The position numbers were made by a program, and so were the translations under genes. Below the pieces are notes generated by a model. It was not told where the DNA came from and did no database searches. It was given only the letters and a program-made list of their open reading frames with translations. DNA of 16,987 nucleotides from Thainema sp. (GTDB lineage: Bacteria > Cyanobacteriota > Cyanobacteriia > Phormidesmidales > Phormidesmidaceae): the NCBI GenBank assembly GCA_052168235.1, contig JBQLZK010000102.1, forward strand, positions 1 to 16,987. Direction: 5' to 3'. This document shows, piece after piece, positions 7,553 to 16,303 of the stretch; the first letter of the stretch is position 1; each line of letters starts with the position of its first letter.

Positions 7553-8432
7553 CAATCGGCTTAACTCGCTTGAACTCAGTCAGCAGTTTAATAAAACGCT
7601 GATGTTCTCCAGTCAGCAAATGAACTGGAATGGCGTTTTCGTTGAGCAGTGCCAAAGCCCTATTTCAGCGTTTGAGGTGGAACTCTCAGCCCTCTCAGAC
7701 CATTGGCTGAACTTACACATCGGAAATCCTGCCCCTTTAATTCAGAAACGGGACGATCGCCTGCATGAATCAATCCTTCATGAAGGGGACAATCTTTTTG
7801 TCCCGGCTGGACAACCGAGCTATTGGTGTCGAGATGAGAGTGGTGTTATCTGTACTCCGCTGCACATTTGCCTAAAGCCAGAATTGGTTCAACACGTTGC
7901 TGAAGCGTCTGACATTGATTCCACACGGTTCGAGCTTGTGCATGGTTTCGGTCAGCAGGATGTGCAACTGCATCAGATTGGTATGCTGATGCTCGCTGAG
8001 TTGAGATCGGGCGGGATGATGGGGCAACTCTATATCGAATCACTCACTCAAGCCCTAGTGATTCATCTACTCCGACACTATTCGACCCTAACGCAATCGA
8101 TCGCATCACCCTACAGTAGCTTTACTCGTAACCAGTTACAGCAGGCGATTGATTACATTCACACTTACTTGAATCGAGATTTATCCTTGGCAGAACTGGC
8201 GAGTGTTGTAAATATCAGCCCAACTTACTTTGCCAGTTTGTTTAAGCAAGAAATGGGAATTTCGCCCCATCAATACGTGATTCAACAGCGCGTAGAACGG
8301 GCAAAAGTGATGCTGATGAAAACGGATTTAGCGATCGCAGACATCGCTCTACAAGTCGGTTTCTCTAGCCAAAGCCATTTAACCCAACAGTTTAAGCGCC
8401 ACACTGGCATGACACCGAAACAGATTCGCTAG
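7545..8432 (+). CDS. AraC family transcriptional regulator (AraC-2), paralog of AraC-1
   Basis: Colinear with AraC-1; 89 consecutive HTH-domain residues identical; ATG 7545 aligns with ATG 4595. Confidence 0.95.
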   Translation: MTSNRLNSLELSQQFNKTLMFSSQQMNWNGVFVEQCQSPISAFEVELSALSDHWLNLHIGNPAPLIQKRDDRLHESILHEGDNLFVPAGQPSYWCRDESGVICTPLHICLKPELVQHVAEASDIDSTRFELVHGFGQQDVQLHQIGMLMLAELRSGGMMGQLYIESLTQALVIHLLRHYSTLTQSIASPYSSFTRNQLQQAIDYIHTYLNRDLSLAELASVVNISPTYFASLFKQEMGISPHQYVIQQRVERAKVMLMKTDLAIADIALQVGFSSQSHLTQQFKRHTGMTPKQIR

Positions 8433-8437
8433 CTCCA

Positions 8438-8498
8438 TAGGAATCTAATAAATCACCGTAAGAATCTGAAAGAAGTTGAGTGTTAAAACTCACATACT
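8438..8498 (+). promoter_or_regulatory. AraC-associated tandem site plus -10-like box, copy 4
   Basis: TAGGAATCTAA (8438), TAAGAATCTGAAAGA (8459), CATACT (8493). Confidence 0.65.
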
Positions 8499-8684
8499 CA
8501 AGTTAGCTAAGACAAAAACAATCTGCACCAAAAGTACATAAACCCAGCCCAAAAATTCCGTTGATAGTGGCCGTCGATCCTCGGATCGTGGTTCGACTAA
8601 GGGCAAACGCATGTTCAACGATGCCGGATCTGGTGCCACCAGATCTATCGAAGTCATCGTTAAATCCTGAAACTATCGACAACT

Positions 8685-9692
8685 GTGATCAGTAACCCGA
8701 CCCAAGTACTACATAACTTACCCATGAAGGAAACAAATTTGGAGATGCAAAACACCGAAAGAACGCGGAGAATCATCACAGAAGCCAAAAAAGTGACCTA
8801 CCTAGAGGCTGCCCGGTGGGGTAAGTATCGGGGGTGGCGGTATGTTCTGGGGCTGATGATCATCCTCTTTGCGTGGCTGGTCATTGGTAGTGGGGCCAGC
8901 GTACTCGTTGCGTTTGCCCTCGGCGGCCAGGCAGACCCCTCGGGGCTGGGGCCTGTGGAATACTACCTGTTTGTCATAGCAAGTTTCCTGTGCTTTTTCG
9001 CGGGAGTGCTGATCGCTGTCTCCTTCGTCCACCGCCGCCCCCCCCAAACGCTTGTCACGGCGCGGAAGCAGATCAACTGGCAGCGGGTCGGTCATGGATT
9101 TGTGGCGTGGTTTGTGCCGTACTGCCTGATCGGTGGGCTGGGGCAGTACCTCTTCTACCCGGATACTTTCTCCTTTAACTCCGGCCTCTTAACGTTCGCA
9201 CTCTTCGTTCCGATCGCGCTGGTTCTCACCGCTGTCCAAACGACCACCGAGGAGCTGTTCTTTCGCGGATACGTTGTGCAGGGGGCGAGCCTCATCTGGA
9301 GCAATCGTGTTTTTCTGGCGATCGCGTCAGCCGTGATCTTTACCCTGCCGCACCTCCTTAACCCGGAAGCGCGGACGGGCGGCTGGCTCACGATCTTTTC
9401 CAACTATTTCTTCGTTCCGGGTCTGGTGTGGACTGTGGTCTCGTTGATTGACGGCACTACCGAACTCGCCATCGGCGTACACTTCGCGAACAACATCGGT
9501 GGGGTACTCCTGTTCAACATCACTGGAACAGCCTTGCCCTCACCCGCTCTGTTCACCATCAGCGAGTATCACGCGACCTACGGGGCGCTATCAGCGTTGG
9601 TTACAGTCCCCGTGTTTCTGGCGATCGCCTACGGAGTATTTAAGCGTCAGACCCCAACCCATTTTCCAGAGCCACGGCAAGATCGTGGGTGA
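8685..9692 (+). CDS. CPBP (CAAX/Rce1-like, Abi) intramembrane glutamic endopeptidase
   Basis: EELFFRG, FTLPH, AIGVHFANN motifs; multiple hydrophobic segments. Start may be 8724 or 8745. Confidence 0.92.
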   Translation: MISNPTQVLHNLPMKETNLEMQNTERTRRIITEAKKVTYLEAARWGKYRGWRYVLGLMIILFAWLVIGSGASVLVAFALGGQADPSGLGPVEYYLFVIASFLCFFAGVLIAVSFVHRRPPQTLVTARKQINWQRVGHGFVAWFVPYCLIGGLGQYLFYPDTFSFNSGLLTFALFVPIALVLTAVQTTTEELFFRGYVVQGASLIWSNRVFLAIASAVIFTLPHLLNPEARTGGWLTIFSNYFFVPGLVWTVVSLIDGTTELAIGVHFANNIGGVLLFNITGTALPSPALFTISEYHATYGALSALVTVPVFLAIAYGVFKRQTPTHFPEPRQDRG

Positions 9693-9796
9693 TCTCGCCG
9701 ACCTCGATCTGCCCGACGAAGGGGCGACCTGCACCCTATAACCACAAGAACGCGAAGGCTTGAAAACAATTCTGAAATGAAGTTGAGGATAGCATC

Positions 9797-10537
9797 ATGG
9801 TTGAGCATAAAAACTCTAGGCTGCGACTGTTTGGGCTGCTGTGGTTGGCCGGCATGGCTGGGGTGATGTCCCTGGTGTTGCTGCCGTTGCCCGTGCTCCC
9901 AGAGGGTGCCCCCCCTGCCGCTGTGGTCAGACTACTGATGCTGGTGCAGCCCGCGGTTTTGGTGTCGGTAGCGGTGCTGATAGGCGTGCTCTTGACTCAC
10001 CGGCTAGGGCTAATGGCACCGGGGGCAGAGGCGCTGGCCACTGGGCGATCGTGGCGGCAAGCCATCGTGCCTCAACTGTTACCCGGCGTGGTGGGTGGGT
10101 TGATCAGCGGCGGACTACTGACGGCGATCGCCCTGCTGTCTCGCCCGCTGCTGCCACCAGCCTATGGGGCGGCTGAGCCCACGCCGCTGCTAGTGCGATT
10201 TCTCTACGGCGGTATCACCGAAGAAATTCTCATCCGCTGGGGACTGATGACGCTGCTGCTATGGCTGGGCTGGCGATTTGGACAGCAGCGCCAGGGTAAA
10301 CCCCAGGCCCGATGGGTGGTCGTCGCCATTGCTGTCTCCTCCCTGGTGTTTGCGATGGCCCACTTGCCCTATGCAATCGCCCTAGGGCTGCCGTTAACCC
10401 CAGCCCTCGTGGGATTCTTGCTGATCCAAAATTCTTTATTTGCCGGGGTTGCAGGGTATTTGTTCTGGCGCTACGGGCTAGAGACTGCCGTGATCGCCCA
10501 CCTGATAGTTCATGCCGTGCTGGCCCTCATCAGCTGA
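9797..10537 (+). CDS. CPBP (CAAX/Rce1-like, Abi) intramembrane endopeptidase, second subfamily
   Basis: LYGGITEEILIRWG, FAMAH, IAHLIVH; RBS GAGGA. Confidence 0.92.
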   Translation: MVEHKNSRLRLFGLLWLAGMAGVMSLVLLPLPVLPEGAPPAAVVRLLMLVQPAVLVSVAVLIGVLLTHRLGLMAPGAEALATGRSWRQAIVPQLLPGVVGGLISGGLLTAIALLSRPLLPPAYGAAEPTPLLVRFLYGGITEEILIRWGLMTLLLWLGWRFGQQRQGKPQARWVVVAIAVSSLVFAMAHLPYAIALGLPLTPALVGFLLIQNSLFAGVAGYLFWRYGLETAVIAHLIVHAVLALIS

Positions 10538-10713
10538 GGTATCTCCTGGCTACCGGGCAGGGTGGACACGGGTGTCGTAGCCCAGGCACGCTGCCGGATG
10601 GGCTGGACGGCAAAGCGTTCACCCTCATGTCTCAAATTTCTTCTAACAGCTCACGAAATCGTGACCGACTCACGTACGACTCAAGACCAACAGCTTCCAT
10701 TAGGAGGAGAATT

Positions 10714-12456
10714 ATGCGCGTTCCCAAGACCTACGTCAGGCGCTTATTAACAGGCACAGCGGTGATGTTGCTTGTCCTCGCTGGGGCACCTGCCGCATTG
10801 ACACAATCAGAAGCGATCGCGACTGCTGCGGTTGCCACCGCCGACAAAGCGGTCACGCACGCCGAGAACAACCGCGTTCCCCAAGGCGCGGCCTGGACGC
10901 AGCACTATTTTCCGTCCTCAGACGGCTCCGAAGTTGAACTGCACGCCGACGTTCTGTTGCCCGAAGGACTGGCCGCAGGCGAGCAGGTGCCGGTAATCCT
11001 GTCGGTCGGAGCGTACTTCGGGCACTCCGGCCAACAGGCACTGGAAAACCACGCGCACACCGGCCCCTCGAACCGCTTCAACGACCTGATCGAAGGCACT
11101 GATCTCTTCAACCGCGGCTACGCCCTGGTGATGGTCGATCTGCGCGGCTTCGGCGGCTCCACCGGATGTCTAGACTTCATGGGTCCCGGTGAGCAGGCCG
11201 ACGTGCAGGCCGCGATCGACTGGGCCGCGAGCCAGCCCTGGTCTACGGGTGCCGTCGGCATGTATGGCAAGTCCTATGATGCCATCACCGGGTTAGTTGG
11301 TAACAACCTCGACCAGGACGCGCTCAAAGCCGTCGTCGCCCAGGAGCCGATCTGGGATCTGCACCGCAGCGCCTGGTCGAACGGCGTCCCCCGCTCGACC
11401 ATCGTGGATGTGTCGCGCACCTATAACGAGATTGCTATCTTGCCGCAGCTGCCCGACGATGACGAGCGCTACCGGACCAATGCCGCCTACGAGCAGATAA
11501 ACCCGCTGTGCCTGCCGGTGAACTCGCTCGGCTACCAGGACGCTGACCCAGGCTCTGAGTTCTGGCAGTTCCGTAACTTAGCAGAGCGCGCCAAGGGCAC
11601 CGACACGCCGCTATTGTTCACGCAGGGTTTCCTTGAGTGGAAGGCCGAGGCCGAGGCGGTGGAGGAGTTCCTCGCCAACCACCGGGGACCGCAGCGCGGC
11701 TGGCTCGGCCCTTGGGAGCATTACCGGGGTAATGATCGTACTGCCGATGGGCAACTGGAAATGGGCCGCGAGGGCTGGTTCGACGAGGTGATGTCCTTCT
11801 ACGACCAGCACCTCAAGGGCATCGAACCGACCGTGGACTACCCAGCCTACGTCGTGCAGGACAGTACCGGCACCTGGCGCGCCCAGGACACCTGGCCGGT
11901 TGTGGAGTACGCCGCCACCCTCGCGCTCAACGGCGGGTCGTATCTAGACGACGGCCTGCTTGCCGACCCCGCAGCCAAGGCTCCCAACCGCTTCTTCGTC
12001 TGGTCTGAGCCACTTGGGCAGTCGGTTCGGATCACTGGTACGCCGCAGGTGTCTCTGAATACCGAGGGCCACGGCAATGTCATGGTCGAGCTGTACGACG
12101 TCGCCCCAGACGGCAGCGCCGTTGCGTTCAACCGGCAGGTGGCGGTGGTGAAACCCGGCACGACCAGCTTCGACCTCAGATCGACGGACTGGACGCTGCA
12201 AGCTGGTCACGCATTGGCCGTTGAGATTGGCACCATTCAGCCCTCTCTGGCCCCCGACAACGACTGGATTGATACACCGTCGCTTGAAAGAATCACCGTC
12301 AGCGACACCCGGCTCGAGCTTGCCCTGGACGACCCAGCCAACGACACTGTCATCCCTGGCGATCGCGCGCCGTGGCTGGACATCTACCGGCAGGCGTACA
12401 CGGAGCAGTTGTCTCCCAATACCCCAAGCTTCACGCTGCCGACGCAAGACCGCTGA
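10714..12456 (+). CDS. Secreted CocE/NonD family hydrolase (peptidase S15 / X-Pro dipeptidyl-peptidase-like)
   Basis: RBS AGGAGGAG and ATG 10714; signal peptide; RGYALVMVDLRGFGGSTG, QPWSTGAVGMYGKSYD, GPWEH; PepX_C-like C-terminus. Confidence 0.9.
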   Translation: MRVPKTYVRRLLTGTAVMLLVLAGAPAALTQSEAIATAAVATADKAVTHAENNRVPQGAAWTQHYFPSSDGSEVELHADVLLPEGLAAGEQVPVILSVGAYFGHSGQQALENHAHTGPSNRFNDLIEGTDLFNRGYALVMVDLRGFGGSTGCLDFMGPGEQADVQAAIDWAASQPWSTGAVGMYGKSYDAITGLVGNNLDQDALKAVVAQEPIWDLHRSAWSNGVPRSTIVDVSRTYNEIAILPQLPDDDERYRTNAAYEQINPLCLPVNSLGYQDADPGSEFWQFRNLAERAKGTDTPLLFTQGFLEWKAEAEAVEEFLANHRGPQRGWLGPWEHYRGNDRTADGQLEMGREGWFDEVMSFYDQHLKGIEPTVDYPAYVVQDSTGTWRAQDTWPVVEYAATLALNGGSYLDDGLLADPAAKAPNRFFVWSEPLGQSVRITGTPQVSLNTEGHGNVMVELYDVAPDGSAVAFNRQVAVVKPGTTSFDLRSTDWTLQAGHALAVEIGTIQPSLAPDNDWIDTPSLERITVSDTRLELALDDPANDTVIPGDRAPWLDIYRQAYTEQLSPNTPSFTLPTQDR

Positions 12457-12532
12457 CCCAGCGGTTGTTGTAGCCCTAAACAAACCAAATCATGATGGTT
12501 TCTTGAATCGATTGTCAACTCTGCAATTTTAG

Positions 12533-12832
12533 ATGGTGAATCAAATGATTAAGTACAAAGATTTTGCGCCTCGAATTACTGAACGAGGCCCCTTCGGCGG
12601 ACCTTCCGAGTATGAATCTTTCTCGGAGGTGGTGAGTACTGTAAATCAGTGGATTGCAAGTACAACGATACAGATCATCAATGTTGAAACGGTTGTTTTA
12701 CCCGATCGAATTGAAGGCACTGGTGATGGTGACTACGGAGTGAAAACCAGTAACACTTTCTACCCAGTGATGATCAGTCAGGGGCTTGCCATCAATTGCT
12801 TTCAATGTGTGCGTGTTTGGTACCGAGAATAA
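12533..12832 (+). CDS. Small hypothetical protein
   Basis: Globular-looking 99 aa (YKDFAP...NQWI...INVETVVLP...QCVRVWY); co-oriented. Start could be 12545. Confidence 0.7.
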   Translation: MVNQMIKYKDFAPRITERGPFGGPSEYESFSEVVSTVNQWIASTTIQIINVETVVLPDRIEGTGDGDYGVKTSNTFYPVMISQGLAINCFQCVRVWYRE

Positions 12833-12852
12833 GCTTCACCAGAGAAGAAATC

Positions 12853-13224
12853 ATGAAACGATCTACCTTATTTACTTTCCTGTATCTGGCGCTGGGAGTT
12901 TGTCTGACAGCGATCGCGTTGGGATACCCAAACCTGTCTTCAGGTCTTCAAACCAGCCTACTCATCAGTGCAGGAGCGTCCTACCTCGCTTGTATTTTCA
13001 ATCCATCTTGGCGAGAGAGGACAATCCGCTTCTATCGCCGCCGCAATTCATCGGTCATCCTATCCTCGTTGGTGATTGGATTCACTATTATTGGGATGAT
13101 CTGGCAGGTTCAGAATCAAAACTGGACAGCGGAAGCCATTTTGCAGGTGCTTCCGTGGCTAATCGTTGTTTTACTGTTTGCTGAAAACATTGTGATGATC
13201 AGGCAAGTGAATGCTGAAGATTAG
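12853..13224 (+). CDS. Hypothetical membrane protein, about 4 TM segments
   Basis: ATG 12853 just after the previous stop; four hydrophobic stretches and an Arg-rich loop. Confidence 0.7.
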   Translation: MKRSTLFTFLYLALGVCLTAIALGYPNLSSGLQTSLLISAGASYLACIFNPSWRERTIRFYRRRNSSVILSSLVIGFTIIGMIWQVQNQNWTAEAILQVLPWLIVVLLFAENIVMIRQVNAED

Positions 13225-13436
13225 AAACTGTTTTCTAACGCTTATTAAGTGATTTCTACCTTCCACGTTCGCTTGTTGTTGGCGAGTCTTCGTACATCAA
13301 CAATATTCTCGGCTCAACTTCAAAGGCGCAAACATGGCATATCCAATCAGCAAACTTGGCTCCAGTTCGTCAATTTTTGCTCCGAGGAGAACTGCATCCT
13401 TATTTAACTCCAGCCGTATCAAGAGTAAAGTCAACC

Positions 13437-13784
13437 ATGTTCAAGCGATTCTCTCAAGTTTTTATCCTGTTAGTCACAGTTACAGCATTGGTGATGGTTT
13501 GTTTACCATCTTTTGGGGCAAAGCCTGCCCTATCTGAGATACCAGATTTAGGCTCCTCAAATCAGTCAACGCTGGTTGCAACAGCCGCTCTTCCCCCTGA
13601 TCTGGTCCCGGCTGTTTTAGGCGGTAGACCTGTTTATGTACTGTATGTGACCAGAGCCGAAGATACGGTTCTCATCCGTTGTTATCCCGGTTATGAACCT
13701 ACGATCACCGTTCGAGCGATGGGAAGTAATCCCAATGCCAACACTCAAAAAGAAGGTGTTATGATGTGCCGCCCTTCTGCTTAG
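13437..13784 (+). CDS. Hypothetical secreted protein with two C-terminal-domain Cys
   Basis: Signal-like MFKRFSQVFILLVTVTALVMVCLPSFGAKPALS; DTVLIRCYPGYEP...GVMMC. Confidence 0.65.
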   Translation: MFKRFSQVFILLVTVTALVMVCLPSFGAKPALSEIPDLGSSNQSTLVATAALPPDLVPAVLGGRPVYVLYVTRAEDTVLIRCYPGYEPTITVRAMGSNPNANTQKEGVMMCRPSA

Positions 13785-13919
13785 AACTGATGCAGCAAAT
13801 TTACTCTGGTATCGCTACAGGCACATGGACAGAAGCTGCTTAAGATCGCAGCCAATAGGGTGGGCACTGTCCACAAAATTTTAAAGCTTAACTACAACAC
13901 ACCCATCAGGAGGTTTCTG

Positions 13920-14783
13920 ATGAACCGGAAGGTTTTAGTCACTGGCGCAACTGGCAGCAACGGTACAGAGATTGTCAAGCGACTCTCAGCACAGAACATA
14001 CAAGTCCATGCAATGGTTCGTAACCCTGATCGAGCAAAGGAGATTGCACTCCCGAATGTTGAAGTGGTGAAGGGGAACTTTGATCACCCTGAGACGCTGT
14101 TGGAGGCGCTGACTGAAGTAGACCGTGCCTTCCTCTTAACGAACTCTACAGAACACGCAGAAGCGCAACAACTTGCGTTCGTTGATGCGGCACGTCAGAG
14201 TAGCGTCAAGCATATCGTCAAACTATCGCAATTTGCAGCCGATGCCCATTCGCCCGTGCGCTTTTTGCGTTACCATGCCGCAGTCGAAGCGGCAATCCAA
14301 GCATCAGGAATGACGTATACGTTTCTGCGTCCCAACCTCTTTATGCAGGGCTTACTAAGCTTTAGATCGACAATCACAAGCCAAAACGCCTTTTATGCAG
14401 CGATCGGTGATGCAAAGGTGAGCGTCGTAGATGTCCGCGACATTGCTGACGTTGCTGTAGCGGCTCTAACCGAAGCTGGGCATGAAGGCAAGATTTACGA
14501 TCTCACGGGTCCGCAGGCGCTAACACATACCGAGATGGCAGAATATCTCTCTGCTGCCCTGAAGCGTCAAATTGCGTTCGTCAATATCCCACCCGAGCAG
14601 ATGCGGGAAGCCATGATTGGCTTTGGGATGCCAGCTTGGCAAGCCGATGGACTGATTGAAGATTACGCCCACTATCGACGTAATGAGGCAGCAGCGATCG
14701 CTTCCGGAATAGAGGATGCGACTGGCCAAGTGCCGCGCCAGTTTGAGGACTTTGCTCGCGATTATGCAACGGTATTTAGCTGA
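13920..14783 (+). CDS. NmrA-like atypical SDR (NAD(P)H azoreductase/quinone reductase-like)
   Basis: KVLVTGATGSNG, TFLRPNLFMQ, VDVRDIADVA, HEGKIYDLTGP; RBS AGGAGG. Confidence 0.92.
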   Translation: MNRKVLVTGATGSNGTEIVKRLSAQNIQVHAMVRNPDRAKEIALPNVEVVKGNFDHPETLLEALTEVDRAFLLTNSTEHAEAQQLAFVDAARQSSVKHIVKLSQFAADAHSPVRFLRYHAAVEAAIQASGMTYTFLRPNLFMQGLLSFRSTITSQNAFYAAIGDAKVSVVDVRDIADVAVAALTEAGHEGKIYDLTGPQALTHTEMAEYLSAALKRQIAFVNIPPEQMREAMIGFGMPAWQADGLIEDYAHYRRNEAAAIASGIEDATGQVPRQFEDFARDYATVFS

Positions 14784-14843
14784 TTTCCAAAATTGAACGA
14801 TCAACAAGTTTAGCTCTAGCCGTTCGCAACCCTAGTTCGGTAA

Positions 14844-15218
14844 TAAACCCAGTCTATTTTGAGACCCGTAGTTTTTCTTCTTCTGAATCCAGGCGAGATT
14901 TACCCCACAACCGATCAGCGATCGCTAGCGACGTTGCGTTGATGCATTGCTGAAACCGTACGACTTGGGTCTTCAAATCCGCTTTACAGTCATAACAAGC
15001 GTGATAAGTGGCCTCCTTCCGCAACCACTGCCAAAGATGCTCGACCGCATGAAGTCAGGATTGTCAGTGGGTAACGGCTGAAGCGCGATGTCGAACACCT
15101 CATCTGCGGCAATTTGAACGGTTTTGACCCGATGATAGGAGGCCCCATTCCAGATCACCTTCATCGGGAGGTCGGGAAATTCCACCCGCAGTTGCTTGAG
15201 CATGTCAATCGTGTTGAA
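14844..15218 (-). mobile_element. IS630-family transposase C-terminal remnant with right end
   Basis: FNTIDMLKQLRVEFPDLPMKVIWNGASYHR...PDFM, frameshift near 15047, VEHLWQWLREE...LDSEEEKLRVSK* (stop 14854-14856). Catalytic WDG reads WNG. Confidence 0.85.
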
Positions 15219-15221
15219 TCA

Positions 15222-15373
15222 CCGGAGTTCGCTGAGAATGCGGTGGCTCAGCCCTGGCGCAGTTGACGACGTAGCCACTTAAACCACATCTGTGGGGTGC
15301 GAGCGGGACTGCCGTCGCGATAAGCTTCCGCCGCTTGCCAGAGATGCGCGGCGGCATGATAAAAGTCCAGGAT
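15222..15373 (-). mobile_element. ISKra4-family transposase internal fragment
   Basis: Minus frame not in the ORF track: ILDFYHAAAHLWQAAEAYRDGSPARTPQMWFKWLRRQLRQG; LDFYHA is characteristic. Confidence 0.75.
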
Positions 15374-15462
15374 CCAAGAATGACTCGGCTCAACTTGTGC
15401 ATCAGAGCGCCCACCATGTGCATCTTGGTTTTGCCTGTAGCCAAGAGGCGATCGCGAAAGGC
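15373..15462 (-). mobile_element. IS110-family transposase C-terminal fragment
   Basis: AFRDRLLATGKTKMHMVGALMHKLSRVILG. Confidence 0.75.
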
Positions 15463-15569
15463 CATTGGGTCATTGCTCCTAAGAGCAGAACACCTCATCC
15501 GGAGATCGCTCCATACTCCAGTGAATGCAAGCCCAAGCGGGGGTAAGGCATAGGACTGGCGCGCGGGCG

Positions 15570-15821
15570 TCAGCTCAGAGATGCCAACATACTCTTGACC
15601 CAGGCAGCTTCTTCACTCGATAACTTGGGCTGAACGGGTTGCTCATAATCAATCACAAGATGGAAGCGAGCCCGGTCATAGACATCGTTAAACATTTGCT
15701 GCAAATTCACTGTAGGAATGAGCGCTTAAGGGTGCAATGGCACGGGGAAGGTCGGTATTGCCATCTTGAGGTCAAATTCGTACAGTTCGGCATCGGGTCG
15801 CTCAATACTGGCACTCACTAA
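15570..15821 (-). pseudogene. DUF4058-family protein C-terminal remnant
   Basis: LVSASIERPDAELYEFDLKMAIPTFPVPLHP*ALIPTVNLQQMFNDVYDRARFHLVIDYEQPVQPKLSSEEAAWVKSML; internal stop at 15726-15728. Confidence 0.75.
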
Positions 15822-15832
15822 CCTGCATTATT

Positions 15833-16303
15833 AGACCTCTTGCACGAATAACTTGACTCGTTGAGAGCACCTGGCAGAGACTCATAAAAGTCTTTAGTTC
15901 CAACCGCAATGACGTACGACCGGATCAGCCAACTGAAGCCGAATGACTTTCGCCGCTACTGCGGGGTCAGCCCCGAGACCTTTGGCACGATGGCCAAAAC
16001 CATTGCTCCTGGGCTTCCTAAAGTTGGTCAGCGGAGGGGACAGCCCGGTTTCAGCGTAGAAGACCAATTGCTGATGACCCTAGAATACTGGCGAGAATAT
16101 CGTACCTTCTTTCATCTGGCCGTGAGTTGGCAGACCTCTGAAGCAACGGTCTGCCGCACCATCACTCGAGTAGAAAATGAGCTTGCGGCCTGCGGCTACA
16201 GCAAGTTACCGGGACATAAGAGCCTCACAGCGGAGACAGAGGTCACCTCAGAGGTCATTGCCCTTGGATGTGAGCGAGTCACCGATAGAGCGTCCAAAAA
16301 AAA
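15833..16303 (+). mobile_element. IS5-family (ISL2-like) element: left end and N-terminal half of transposase
   Basis: End-like AGACCTCTTGCA; ORF from 15909 with FRRYCGV and VEDQLLMTLEYWREYRTFFHL; 1-nt frameshift near 16261 before DVSESPIERPKK; truncated after the A8 run. Confidence 0.85.

Noticed and set aside
1525..8498. Repeated motif as CRISPR repeats or integron attC sites
   Set aside because: Copies are 0.8-4 kb apart and are direct tandem half-sites with a -10 box; no regular spacers, cas genes, integrase or attC core structure seen.
8685..10537. Abortive-infection phage defence from the 'Abi' label
   Set aside because: The CPBP/Abi name is historical; nothing here indicates anti-phage function.
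10312..10713. 134-aa N-terminal extension of the 714-aa ORF
   Set aside because: Overlaps CPBP-2; the strong RBS and signal peptide begin at 10714.
10714..10800. Tat signal (YVRRLL)
   Set aside because: Poor match to S/T-R-R-x-F-L-K; Sec export is equally plausible.
860..14807. Antisense and alternate-frame ORFs (e.g. 2024-2425, 6839-7261, 11944-12483, 12786-13184)
   Set aside because: They are shadows of well-supported genes, with no recognisable motifs.
15205..15498. 97-aa ORF as a real gene
   Set aside because: Chimera of 30 IS110 codons and out-of-frame ISKra4 sequence.
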